A stretch of 37,260 nt of DNA from Candidatus Zixiibacteriota bacterium (GCA_029932605.1 JAOZPT010000022.1:1-37260), one strand, 5' to 3'. Positions 28,401 through 37,154 are shown, counted from the stretch's first letter. Notes: generated from the letters alone by a model not told the origin. Translations and numbers: made by a program.

Positions 28401-28640
28401 AATATTAAAACAATCATTTCATTTAACATTCCTGAACCTTCAAAGGCAACTATCGATATTTTTGACATTCTGGGGAGAAAAGTAGCTTGTGTTTTTGATG
28501 GCTTGTTAGAAGCTGGCAGACATCAGATTCTTTGGGATGGCAGAAACTCTGATGGTGATGAAGTGACCTCTGGAATATATTTTTACAGATTGAAATCAAA
28601 CGAGCGCTCGGAAATCAAGTCAATGACTTTGATTAAGTAG
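25497..28640 (+). CDS. Secreted M4/M36-type zinc metallopeptidase with propeptide, Ig-like modules and a FlgD-Ig/T9SS-type C-terminal domain
   Basis: Signal peptide ending TALA. FTP/PepSY-like region (LAWKI, FVDAHDGELL). NAYWDG, HEYGH and NEGWSD. C-terminus QNYPNPFN...SGIYFYRL...KSMTLIK. ATG at 25497 has AAGGT upstream. Confidence 0.88.
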   Translation: MKTKITYFMAIFLVLALAWKTALAFNEKDGYLSPVKVYDQNPIPDETAVKNLNGSSAWLKFNTRYDGRFMVDWNTNSKTPHLVITSGMKLTTDLNQSNIQEVSERFINENSELLGVTSSELKLQTAGFHGGMWYVVFDRYYDGLLVYNARVNLTYSTSGALVAFGSDSYPDINVNTSPTINQQQAIDIVRSSIEYPSEKDSVISTQLLVLPLQMEGEFSVHLAWKIVYFCPDLPARWYMFVDAHDGELLMYWDAIMYDFTGNVSGDVQLDGAFSPFYNLPFKDLTVNANGYGSDDTDENGNYSIPGNDSATITAQLKGPYVDVNRVDGTDASFSGSSWGNLDIDWTAISQNQERDGYYNTTVVHDYINYVDPYFYGMDWQVPCNINLPGACNAYWDGNGINFYREGGGCPNIVLMSTVVYHEYGHGITQFLYEPNDLPYFGESGGLNEGWSDFIANCITDQALMGRGWSGPGTYLRSSDNNNQYPGIECGGEPHCMGDIMVGALWHMRAMMVDNYGDGIKPYVDSLWHYARYALPMNYFDYLWQLLLYDDDDSDIYNGTPHAPEIIYSFVYLHNIDPGFRIEIEHTPLGDSEDSLNAFPISAEVTSFFPIEDGSVVTYYTTGEDFIEVEMENVSGDIWSGEISPQSFGTTVSYYIQAVDNAGMIATDPEDAPDSLYSFYVGYDVIPPTLELVYSPPNTINLFGPYGPFIFRAWDTNSIDTTSAQFHYVINFGDESVVSMETGDQEDEFVLEALDLGTVLQTGDIIHYWFTCQDGAINPNTGRLPEEGSFTLEMVITELIDDFEDGLDEWQVVGTGWVHFDQGYNSSYGVKSSLDDYENNMNSLLYLVEPYNLSLFDYVRLGFMHKNLILPGDTCFVLASVDPSGPWTILGAISGFDYWSYDSFELEGFSGPGYDEVYVGFQFVSDDSETLFGIIIDDVEISIEPPVGFDEDVSIPRIFALNQNYPNPFNIKTIISFNIPEPSKATIDIFDILGRKVACVFDGLLEAGRHQILWDGRNSDGDEVTSGIYFYRLKSNERSEIKSMTLIK

Positions 28641-28658
28641 GGCTTCAATAAATTTAAA

Positions 28659-28680
28659 ACCATCTTAATTTCAAGATGGT
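28659..28680 (+). terminator. Hairpin after the peptidase gene, possible terminator
   Basis: ACCATCTT-AATTTC-AAGATGGT, with no clear U-tract. Confidence 0.4.
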
Positions 28681-28835
28681 CTATATAAAATAAGTATTGG
28701 GAGAATCCCATATCTCCTCGACTTATTCCTATAATTTACTGTAACTTATAAGAAGTATAATCGTCAGCATTCATTTATTTTTTTGTAACTTTTTATGCTA
28801 TTTAGAATTATGATTCTCTTTGTTTGACAACCTTA

Positions 28836-28851
28836 TGGCATCGGTATTGCT
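28836..28851 (+). promoter_or_regulatory. sigma54 (-24/-12) promoter for the minor-pilin operon
   Basis: TGGCATCGGTATTGCT = TGGCA-N6-TTGCT, 25 nt before the ATG at 28877. Confidence 0.75.
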
Positions 28852-28876
28852 TGGATATCAGGTGAAAGGTTGGATT

Positions 28877-29386
28877 ATGTTGAAGATAAAAGATTCTGGA
28901 CACATACTTGTGAAATTTATGATATCTTTGATTCTTGTATCGGTTGTATCAACTGTGGTTTTGAATTTTCACTCAGGTGTGAACCAGCAGGTCTATTATA
29001 AGGATTCGTCAAGTTCACAGTTGATTTTAACGAATGATGTGTTTGACAAAATAAGTTACCACCTTAAACTGGCTGGCTTTGCCAATAGCAGAAAATGCCA
29101 GTTTCTGGAGATTGATAAGGGGGAGAAATCGGATAGCCTGGTAGTCAGACATAACGATATTGAAATCGCGTTTTTTGTTGATTCAAACAATGATGAGAAT
29201 AATGGAATATTATATACATCTGTTGATGGTTCGCGGCAGGAGATTTTAAAAGGGGTGAAAAATATAAGATTTGATAGAATTTCAACAGATAGGGTGGTGA
29301 TAAATCTAACCTTATGTAATAATGATGATGAACCAGGAATTGTCTCGAGAAGCTTCTCGACATCGGTAAAGCTTGATTATTATTAG
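28877..29386 (+). CDS. PilW/GspJ-like minor pilin with a degenerate prepilin motif
   Basis: MLKIKDSG|HILVKFMISLILVSVV hydrophobic N-terminus. ISYHLKLAGF resembles the PilW IxxDLRMAGF motif. C-terminal SRSFSTSVKL. GAAAGGT RBS. Confidence 0.6.
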   Translation: MLKIKDSGHILVKFMISLILVSVVSTVVLNFHSGVNQQVYYKDSSSSQLILTNDVFDKISYHLKLAGFANSRKCQFLEIDKGEKSDSLVVRHNDIEIAFFVDSNNDENNGILYTSVDGSRQEILKGVKNIRFDRISTDRVVINLTLCNNDDEPGIVSRSFSTSVKLDYY

Positions 29387-29396
29387 GGGGAGAATT

Positions 29397-29843
29397 TTGA
29401 AGAAATTAAGAAATTTGACAGTGATTGAATCTCTGGTCGGTCTTGTGCTTATATTTTTACTGTTATGTATAGTGATGGTTGCTGTTGTCCGGTCTGTTGG
29501 CGTTTCTGATGATGAAATTAGAGGAAAAGCAATGACCCTAGCGGAGACAAAGCTTCAGGCTATAGCGGAGAGGGATGAGATATTACCATCTCCGTATGCG
29601 CATATCGAGAGTTTTCTGGGAGGCAGGATAATTCGTATGGTGGAGATAAACGATCATCAAACAGACCCCTTGGTACCCGAGGGTATGCAAAAAATAGTTG
29701 TAACGGCTATCTGGATTAATCTTGATGGCAGTCAAGGAAAACAGGATTTTATCACCTATGTGGATAATAATGTTAAAGAGAAAATAATTGATAGTGTTGA
29801 TGATGAAATTCAAAATAGAAGACAATCTAAGGAGACGTTATGA
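29397..29843 (+). CDS. PilV/GspI-like minor pilin with a degenerate cleavage site
   Basis: MKKLRN|LTVIESLVGLVLIFLL, A..LAETKLQ and KIVVTAIW. TTG start with GGGGAG RBS. Confidence 0.65.
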   Translation: MKKLRNLTVIESLVGLVLIFLLLCIVMVAVVRSVGVSDDEIRGKAMTLAETKLQAIAERDEILPSPYAHIESFLGGRIIRMVEINDHQTDPLVPEGMQKIVVTAIWINLDGSQGKQDFITYVDNNVKEKIIDSVDDEIQNRRQSKETL

Positions 29844-30331
29844 AAAGATCAAACACTTACAGGCAGACTGGGTTTACCATGATAGAGATGATGATAATGA
29901 TAGTTCTTATCGGGATATTGGCTTCATTGACGGCTCCGAGTTTCTTTAATATGATGCCCAGGTTAAAACTTAAATCTGAGGCCAGAACAAATCTGAATTA
30001 TCTTCGTCTTGCTAGAAGTAAAGCCATTTCCGACAACAGCCAGTATGGCATTTACTTCGATGTTAACAATGGTAACCTTGTTTACTTCAAAGATACTCAT
30101 GACCTCCAGTTTGCATATTATCTTGCGGGTCAAGATTCTTTAATTGAGGGACCAATTTCCATGGCAAGCAATGTCTCCTATAGCAATTGTACGTTTATGA
30201 GCAATTGTGTGATTTTTTACTCTAACGGTTCAGCTTCAACTTCCGGCTCGATAGATGTAGTCGATAGTGAGTCTGGTAATTCATATACCATCAGTGTCTT
30301 AGCCTCAACCGGTAGAGTTAGGCTTCAGTAA
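29840..30331 (+). CDS. FimT/GspH family minor pilin
   Basis: Canonical G|FTMIEMMIMIVLIGIL, LRLARSKAI, IFYSNGSA and TGRVR. Confidence 0.88.
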   Translation: MKRSNTYRQTGFTMIEMMIMIVLIGILASLTAPSFFNMMPRLKLKSEARTNLNYLRLARSKAISDNSQYGIYFDVNNGNLVYFKDTHDLQFAYYLAGQDSLIEGPISMASNVSYSNCTFMSNCVIFYSNGSASTSGSIDVVDSESGNSYTISVLASTGRVRLQ

Positions 30332-30338
30332 TATAGTG

Positions 30339-30478
30339 TTTTGCCGTTAACTTTTGGTCTGTATTGGTGCTTTTTGGTTTTTTTACAGTTATAATCTTTT
30401 TATAGTTTTTTTGAACAGAAGCATTCTGAACATTTTTTAGTTTCATATGTATTTTTTTTATTTTTGCCGTTAACTTTT
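30339..30478. repeat. Two exact copies of the 17-bp TTTTGCCGTTAACTTTT (30339-30355 and 30462-30478) upstream of pilM
   Basis: Read directly from the sequence; the starts are 123 bp apart. Confidence 0.8.
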
Positions 30479-30533
30479 TGAATATAAAGACGATATTATT
30501 TTTGACATTAGTAAGAAAGGGGTTAAAAACACC

Positions 30534-30562
30534 TTGACACTTTTAAGCGGTTATGTTAGAAT
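30534..30562 (+). promoter_or_regulatory. sigma70 promoter for pilMNOPQ
   Basis: TTGACA-N17-TAGAAT with an extended TGn -10. Confidence 0.7.
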
Positions 30563-30603
30563 TTTCACTGGTTTGATGTAAAATTTAAGGAAAAGGGGCG
30601 GAG

Positions 30604-31656
30604 ATGGCCTTTTTGGGTAGAAAATCGAGACCAGTTGTTGGGCTGGATATTGGGGCAAATTCCATAAAATTAATAAAACTTCAGTACAAGGCTGGCAGTT
30701 ATGCTTTGAAAGCTTTAGCCATAAAAGAACTTCCAATGGGAGTTATTATGGCCGAAGAGATAAAAGATAGAGATGCGGTTATTTTTGATATCCAGAGTTT
30801 GATCGACCAGACCGATCCAAAGATGAAAGATGTGGTAATTTCCATATCTGGTCATGGTGTTATCACTGACAAGGTGGTCATAGACAGGAAAACGGGGGCG
30901 GAAGCTGAGCAGGCGATACTTTTCGAAGCCGAACAGAGAGCACCTTTTGATGTGGAGGATGTAACCCTTGATTATCATATTATACGGGATGACCCGGAGA
31001 CAAATAAAATGGAAGTCCTGTTAGTAGCCGCCCGAAACGAGTTCCTTAAAAATTATCTCGATTTGATTATCGATGCCGGCCTAAAACCGGTGGTCGTTGA
31101 TACCGATGCCTTTGCTATATTAAACGCTTATATGGTAAATTATGATATCGATCCTTTAAGGGTCATAGCTTTGGTGGACATAGGATTTGATGTTACTAAT
31201 ATAACTTTTCTGAAAGAGGGTTATTACCATTCTACTCGTGATGTTTCGAATGGTACGAGATTGATTTTTGATGCTGTTTCCAAGGAATTTCGTTTGAATC
31301 AAGAGTTAACGTCCAATGTTATGAGGGGCGAATTAGATTCATCGATCGACCAGGATATGTTTAAGGCAACCATTGTTACCGCTTCAGAGGAACTGGTGGC
31401 GGGGCTTGAAGTGGCCATTTCATATTTCAAAAGTTACTCCGGAGCTGAGAAAATTGACTGGATAGTTCTCTCTGGCGGTGGAGCCTTAATTCCGTTTTTA
31501 CCTGAAATGCTTCAGGCTAAATTGTCGATACCTATTGAAATCTGTAATCCTCTCAGGAATATCGAATATGATCCCGACATGTTTGTCGAATTCCGACCCG
31601 AAAATGTGGCACCACTTTTAGCTGTGCCTGTTGGTTTAGCGGTCAGGAGGGTTTAA
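30604..31656 (+). CDS. pilM: Type IV pilus assembly protein PilM
   Basis: VGLDIGANSIK, EVLLVAA, VDIG, LSGGGA and VGLAVR (actin-like fold). Confidence 0.96.
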   Translation: MAFLGRKSRPVVGLDIGANSIKLIKLQYKAGSYALKALAIKELPMGVIMAEEIKDRDAVIFDIQSLIDQTDPKMKDVVISISGHGVITDKVVIDRKTGAEAEQAILFEAEQRAPFDVEDVTLDYHIIRDDPETNKMEVLLVAARNEFLKNYLDLIIDAGLKPVVVDTDAFAILNAYMVNYDIDPLRVIALVDIGFDVTNITFLKEGYYHSTRDVSNGTRLIFDAVSKEFRLNQELTSNVMRGELDSSIDQDMFKATIVTASEELVAGLEVAISYFKSYSGAEKIDWIVLSGGGALIPFLPEMLQAKLSIPIEICNPLRNIEYDPDMFVEFRPENVAPLLAVPVGLAVRRV

Positions 31657-32301
31657 ATGATTGAGATTAATCTTCTGCCCAAAGAATATCAGAAGAAGAA
31701 ATTCCGATTAACTCTTGAGAAAAATGCCCTTTACGTCATAATGGGAGGGGTGGTAATATTAATTTTATTGTCCGCTTATACCATATTTTTCCAGGTTCTT
31801 CCCAGTAATAGTCTTAATAAAAAGATTGAAATAGCCCAGGCTGATTCAGCAGCATTATCCTCAGAAATTCTGATGGTAAATGAGCTGACAGAAAAAAAGA
31901 ACAGACTTCTTGCCAGGATGTCCACTATCGAGCTTTTAGACAAGAACAGGGAAACCTGGATAAATTTCATCTCCGATTTAGGGTCCAGGATACCTGATTA
32001 TTTGTGGCTTATAGAGTTTACACAATCGCCACAGATAACAGAAGAAGGTGGGGGCAATATAAAAGCTTCTATTCAGGGACGGTCGTTTTCACTAAATAGC
32101 TTGGCGACATTTCTTATCAGATTAAAAAAATCTCCATATTTTAAAAACATTGAGATTTCCAAAATACAATTAGTTGAGGAGAAGAGTGCGGAAGTTTATT
32201 CGTTTACTATAAATTGTGACCTTTACTTAAACCAGGCAAGCGAGGCGCTGGCTCAAAATAAGACGATAACTGGGAAGTTAGTTGCCGGGTCTGAATTCTA
32301 A
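31657..32301 (+). CDS. pilN: Type IV pilus assembly protein PilN
   Basis: MIEINLLP, a TM helix, IPDYLWL and LKKSPYF. Confidence 0.93.
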   Translation: MIEINLLPKEYQKKKFRLTLEKNALYVIMGGVVILILLSAYTIFFQVLPSNSLNKKIEIAQADSAALSSEILMVNELTEKKNRLLARMSTIELLDKNRETWINFISDLGSRIPDYLWLIEFTQSPQITEEGGGNIKASIQGRSFSLNSLATFLIRLKKSPYFKNIEISKIQLVEEKSAEVYSFTINCDLYLNQASEALAQNKTITGKLVAGSEF

Positions 32302-32344
32302 ATAAAGACCTTTACCGGTCTTAAAATCCTGTGGGAGGGGATGT

Positions 32345-32938
32345 ATGGATTTTAAAGACCCCAAAAAACAAATACTCATCCTTGTAATTTTAGGGTTTCT
32401 TATCCTTATATATATTTGGTATTCCAAGTATTATACTCCTTACTCTGTTAAGATGGAGCAGGAAAAGGCTCGTTATGAAAGATTGCGGACTAATATACAT
32501 GCGGTCAAGCAGAAGGCATTGAGTCTTGATTCCTTAAAACAGGAATACGATGATATCCAGGGCAAGTATGAAAGGTATAAACTTCTTTTACCGGAGCGAA
32601 AACAAGATGAGAATTTTTTATCCCAGCTTCATATAGCCGCTCAGATTACCGGCTCAGCGGTATTAAGCGTTACCCCGTTAGAGCCAGTAGTAAAGGAGTT
32701 TTATATTGCTAACAATTATGAGGTGGAACTCAGTTCAACCTATGACAGGCTTGGTAACTTTTTCGCCAAAGTTGCCAATTTCCCATTTGTGGTCACCATT
32801 TCAAATGTTCAACTAAAAACTGTGGATATGTCATCTGGCATAGGACCGGCTAAAAGTAAAAGACGTAGAGATCACAGCCTCTCTGCAAGTTTTAAGCTAA
32901 CTACTTATAATATCCAACAGGGAGGTCAGACACAATGA
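32345..32938 (+). CDS. pilO: Type IV pilus assembly protein PilO
   Basis: N-terminal TM, coiled coil, LLP and YDRLGNFF..VANFP. Follows pilN. Confidence 0.9.
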   Translation: MDFKDPKKQILILVILGFLILIYIWYSKYYTPYSVKMEQEKARYERLRTNIHAVKQKALSLDSLKQEYDDIQGKYERYKLLLPERKQDENFLSQLHIAAQITGSAVLSVTPLEPVVKEFYIANNYEVELSSTYDRLGNFFAKVANFPFVVTISNVQLKTVDMSSGIGPAKSKRRRDHSLSASFKLTTYNIQQGGQTQ

Positions 32939-33792
32939 GATTTATATTAAGTATAGCTGTTACGTTTTTATTATTTGATGTTAGCCTGGCCGACATTACA
33001 TTGGAAGATATCGCCATTTCCAAACATGGCGATTCCATATATGTTGATATTTCAACCTCACAACCCTGTTCTTACAATCATTTTCTTACCAAATCTGCAC
33101 CTGAGAGGATAGTGATTGATTTTGAGAATACTATAAATAACTGGTTTCAGAAAAGGTTTTATGACCTTCCTCTGAAGTCAATTGCTAGTGTAAGAACCAG
33201 CCAGTATAAGATAAAACCTGATTATATAACAAGGGTTGTACTTGATGTTAACAGGCCGGTTAAATACACAACCGATATGCTGTCAACAGGGGTTCGGATA
33301 AAATTTCCGGCTGTTGCTGGTGAACAGAATTTTAACCTCTGGAGTGCAAAAAATAGGGTGCGTTCAGCTGACCGGATAAAACCTTTAAGTAAATCTATAA
33401 GTAAAGAACCTGTTATAAAGAAGACGATAGCGGATAAGAAAAAGAAAGGTTTAAAAATTGAGGCTTTCCCAAAACGGAAACTTGTAACATATAGATCCGG
33501 TGGGTATCGCGATCCGTTTAAGCCATTAATCGGGACCGGGGGAGTTCAATTGATAGCTGGTAAACTTCCCACCATCGAAAACCTGAAACTTGTAGGTATA
33601 ATCGAGGAGGAATCTGGCAATAGAGCTTTATTTGAGGATTCCGAAGGTAATGGATATATTTTAAAGCCTCTCGACCCTGTTAATAATGGGTATTTAGTCT
33701 CTGTTAAAAAAGACAAGGCGATTTTTCAAATAACGGAGTATGGTTGGACACGGACAGTAGCCCTAAATCTGCAAATAGATGAATTAAAATAA
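32935..33792 (+). CDS. AMIN-domain / PilP-like fusion protein
   Basis: SPI-type signal with no lipobox. AMIN-like PERIVIDF...SVRTSQY...TRVVLDV. Lys-rich linker. PilP-like Y..GYRDPFKPL...LKLVGII...ALFEDSEGNGYILK. Sits in the pilP position. Confidence 0.75.
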   Translation: MRFILSIAVTFLLFDVSLADITLEDIAISKHGDSIYVDISTSQPCSYNHFLTKSAPERIVIDFENTINNWFQKRFYDLPLKSIASVRTSQYKIKPDYITRVVLDVNRPVKYTTDMLSTGVRIKFPAVAGEQNFNLWSAKNRVRSADRIKPLSKSISKEPVIKKTIADKKKKGLKIEAFPKRKLVTYRSGGYRDPFKPLIGTGGVQLIAGKLPTIENLKLVGIIEEESGNRALFEDSEGNGYILKPLDPVNNGYLVSVKKDKAIFQITEYGWTRTVALNLQIDELK

Positions 33793-33805
33793 GGAGAATA
33801 ATATC

Positions 33806-35149
33806 ATGAAAGATATTAAAATCATATCATTACTTTTAGTGGCAATTATCGGGACGGGTTTGTTCCTGACAGGGGGTGGAATACTGTTCAGCCAGGTGCC
33901 AGGATCAACTGAGGAAGCTTTGATAGAACAACCCCAGGTTATAAAAACCCTGTCTTTTACCAATGCCGATATCAGGTCAGTAATGATGTACCTATCAGCT
34001 TATAGTGGCGTTAATGTGGTTGTTTCGCCAAAAGTAGAGGCTGAAGTTACTTTGAGGTTGAATAACGTCACCTGGAGACAGGCTCTGGATATAATTTTGG
34101 AGACTTATGGGTTGGTCGGGGTTGAATCGAAAAATTATATCCGGGTGGTGAAAGCCAAAGATTATTACGAAGAAAAACGTGCCTTAGAGCAATATAATGC
34201 CGAACAAGCATCTCTGAAAAACCTGCGCACAAGAATTATATCGGTAAAATATAGTGTGGCAGAGGATCTGACTGAGGCGGTTAAGGGTCTGTTATCATCG
34301 AGAGGTTCTGTAAAGGTTGATGAAAGAACCAACTCGTTGATTATCCGCGACCTCCCAGAAAACCTTGACAGGGCGGAAGAGTTAATACAGATACTTGATA
34401 AAGAAACAAAACAGATAAAAATATCAGCCCAACTTCTGGAGATCGAGTCCCGTATGTTAAGAGAAATCGGTCTGGATTGGCGGGCTCTTTCAAAGGATGG
34501 TACTGTTCTTTATGACCCCTTGACTGAACCTCCTCAACCATCGGAATATTGGCCTTTTGATGACCATAAGCAGCAAGGAACAAGCCAGATGACTGGTGAT
34601 GCTATTGGAAGTTTCTTTATCCATAGGGCTGAGGGTGATTTTAATCTGTTTGCCCTTCTGGAGATGGCTGAGTCATCTAATAAAATTAAGGTTATCGCCC
34701 ATCCGGAAATCACCACTGTTGATAACGTGGAGGCATTTATCCAGATGGGACAGAAAATACCGATCAAACAGTTTGACCCCTCGGGAAACACGGTCATCAC
34801 CTTTTATGATGTAGGAATACAGTTGAGGGTTACTCCACACATCACTTCCGAAAATCGAATCCTTTTGAATCTGAAACCAGAGCGCAGTTCATATGAGTTT
34901 GATCCCAATGGTGTAATTATCAACACCCAGAATGCTGAAACCAATGTTGTCGTTAATAATGGTCAAACGGCTGTTATCGGTGGCCTTACGAATCAAGAGG
35001 AATTATACTTAAAGGTGGGTATCCCGATTTTAAAGGATCTTCCGGTTTTAGGATATCTTTTCGGTTATTCCAAAAAACAGGTGCAAAGCAAAGACCTGGT
35101 AATATTTGTCACGCCTACAATTGTTGACGAACAGATGGCTAACTATTGA
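33806..35149 (+). CDS. pilQ: Type IV pilus secretin PilQ, short form without AMIN domains
   Basis: N0 domain LSFTNADIRSV...VTWRQALD, N domain VDERTNSLII, and secretin GIQLRVTPHI, GIPILKDLPVLGYLF and LVIFVTPTI. Confidence 0.93.
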   Translation: MKDIKIISLLLVAIIGTGLFLTGGGILFSQVPGSTEEALIEQPQVIKTLSFTNADIRSVMMYLSAYSGVNVVVSPKVEAEVTLRLNNVTWRQALDIILETYGLVGVESKNYIRVVKAKDYYEEKRALEQYNAEQASLKNLRTRIISVKYSVAEDLTEAVKGLLSSRGSVKVDERTNSLIIRDLPENLDRAEELIQILDKETKQIKISAQLLEIESRMLREIGLDWRALSKDGTVLYDPLTEPPQPSEYWPFDDHKQQGTSQMTGDAIGSFFIHRAEGDFNLFALLEMAESSNKIKVIAHPEITTVDNVEAFIQMGQKIPIKQFDPSGNTVITFYDVGIQLRVTPHITSENRILLNLKPERSSYEFDPNGVIINTQNAETNVVVNNGQTAVIGGLTNQEELYLKVGIPILKDLPVLGYLFGYSKKQVQSKDLVIFVTPTIVDEQMANY

Positions 35150-35184
35150 TTATAGGGAATAAAATAAAGATTCGACTCAACTAA

Positions 35185-35209
35185 GCCCCGGTTGGCCGGG
35201 GTTTTTTTT
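35185..35209 (+). terminator. Rho-independent terminator after pilQ
   Basis: GCCCCGG-TTGG-CCGGGGT hairpin followed by a T run. Confidence 0.85.
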
Positions 35210-37154
35210 ATGACCTCTTCACTCGCCACCAGAAGAATAATATCAACGCCCCGAAACATATAATAGATAGCCATGGCCCAAACGTGCCGATAAGAGCAAC
35301 CCCTTCATGAGCCTCATAAAACTTCCGATATTTTACAAATGAAGCAACCAAACCAGCGATAAGCACACCGACAAGCGCATCGCCGGCTACTAAACCCGAA
35401 CCAAGCAGAATACCGTTTTCGTGTTTGTGCTTGTAGGATTTTTCCTCTTTAAATTTCTTTCGGATTATTAGAGCTAATATACCGCCGGCCATAATTGGAG
35501 TGGATAAAGCTATGGGCAGGTATAGACCAATGGCAAAAGGTAATGAGCTTATACCAACCAGTTCAATCGATGCTGCCAGCATTATTCCTGAGATGATAGG
35601 AATCCAGGGGAGGTTACCATGCATTACACCTTGTACAACAGTGGCCATGACATTCGCTTGCGGAGCTAAAAGCGGTTCTGGATGAGTGGCATCCTCGACA
35701 AAACCAAATGCATTATTGAGTAGAAATATGACCGCCCCCATTACTAAGGCTGGAAAAAGGAGCCCGATGAACTCCGTTAACTGCTGTTTTCTGGGTGTTG
35801 CACCTAACAGGTAGCCGGTTTTCAAATCTTGGGCGATATCACCGGACATGCAGACAGCAATACAAACAACAGTGCCGACAGACATTGCAGTTATCATTCC
35901 ACTGGTTCCTCTGACACCGAAGGCTATTAATATCAGGCAGGTCACCAGCAGTGTAGCTATTGTCATACCGGAAACCGGCGACGAGGATGAACCAACTATA
36001 CCGACGATACGAGCGGCCACCACCACAAAGAAAAAACCGAACAGAACCGCCAGAGCGGCGCCAATTATGTGAAGCTCGGTGCCGGGGAACAGCCAGATTA
36101 AGATAACGACCGCAATCGAACCAATTAAAACAGTGCCTAATGGAAGGTCTCTGTCGGTGCGGGGGATTTCACCTGAAACCACCTTTTTGCCCAAAAGTTG
36201 TGAAAAGCCAACCTTAAAAGAGTGAGCTATCACCGGTAAAGATTTTATGAGTGAGACAAAACCACCAAATGCTACCGCTCCAACACCAAGGTATTTGATA
36301 TAAAAGTTTCTTAGCTGTCCGGGGTCAAGTTCACTTAGCGGTATGGTTGCAGGTGCAATGACGATATCCGGTGCCTGCTGGCCTATATAAGCCAGAAGCG
36401 GAGCGATACCGATATAACCCATAACAGCGCCGCCAAACATCAAAGCCGCTATTTTGGGACCGATAATATAACCGACTCCCAGAAGTGCCGGGGTGGCATC
36501 AACACCGATATTAGCGCCGGGCAAACCCTTTTTGCTCTCACCCCAGAAGAGGTTTGTATTTGGTATTTCCGGCCAGATACGTGCCAGGTTCATCAAGGCC
36601 TTAAAAGCCGCCCCCAAACCGATTCCGATAAATACCTGCCTGGCCTTGGAGCCGCCTTCATCACCGGCAACTATGATTTCAGCGCATGCTGTGCCCTCCG
36701 GGAAGGCCAGTTTACCATGTTCGTGCTCAACTAAATATTTCCGTAAGGGTATCATTAAAAGTATTCCAAGGGCGCCACCTAATAACGACAAACCGATTAT
36801 CTGCCACTGGGTTATTTTGTATTCAAATCCCTGGGCATTCCAGATAAAGAAAGCCGGAATTGTGAAAATGATACCTGCGGCCAAAGATTCGCCGGCCGAG
36901 CCAACTGTTTGCACGATGTTGTTTTCCAGAACCGTTACATTTTTAAATAAACTCCGCAGTAATGCCATGGATATAACCGCTGCTGGAATCGAGGCACAAA
37001 CTGTCATACCAACTTTCAGCCCGAGATAGGCATTGGCTACGCCGAATACAACTGAAAGGATGGAGCCAAGGATAATAGCCTTGAGGGTAACCTCGGGTAT
37101 GACCTGTTTTGCTTTAACGTAAGGTTCAAACTTATTGTTAACTTCAGCTGACAT
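35208..37154 (-). CDS. OPT family oligopeptide transporter
   Basis: NAYLGLKVG, ENNIVQT.GSAG, FPEGTACA, SPVSGMTI, QDLKTG and APQA motifs. Many TM segments. GGAGGA RBS. Confidence 0.95.
   Translation of the reverse strand: MSAEVNNKFEPYVKAKQVIPEVTLKAIILGSILSVVFGVANAYLGLKVGMTVCASIPAAVISMALLRSLFKNVTVLENNIVQTVGSAGESLAAGIIFTIPAFFIWNAQGFEYKITQWQIIGLSLLGGALGILLMIPLRKYLVEHEHGKLAFPEGTACAEIIVAGDEGGSKARQVFIGIGLGAAFKALMNLARIWPEIPNTNLFWGESKKGLPGANIGVDATPALLGVGYIIGPKIAALMFGGAVMGYIGIAPLLAYIGQQAPDIVIAPATIPLSELDPGQLRNFYIKYLGVGAVAFGGFVSLIKSLPVIAHSFKVGFSQLLGKKVVSGEIPRTDRDLPLGTVLIGSIAVVILIWLFPGTELHIIGAALAVLFGFFFVVVAARIVGIVGSSSSPVSGMTIATLLVTCLILIAFGVRGTSGMITAMSVGTVVCIAVCMSGDIAQDLKTGYLLGATPRKQQLTEFIGLLFPALVMGAVIFLLNNAFGFVEDATHPEPLLAPQANVMATVVQGVMHGNLPWIPIISGIMLAASIELVGISSLPFAIGLYLPIALSTPIMAGGILALIIRKKFKEEKSYKHKHENGILLGSGLVAGDALVGVLIAGLVASFVKYRKFYEAHEGVALIGTFGPWLSIICFGALILFFWWRVKRS

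Noticed and set aside
28820..28876. N-terminal extension of the first pilin-like ORF from TTG 28820
   Set aside because: It overlaps the sigma54 promoter; the ATG at 28877 has an RBS and gives a pilin-type leader.
32305..32322. AAGACC-TTTACC-GGTCTT hairpin between pilN and pilO
   Set aside because: A 6-bp stem without a U-tract is too weak to call.
35500..37029. Plus-strand ORFs of 61, 74 and 178 aa
   Set aside because: Antisense shadows of the OPT transporter.
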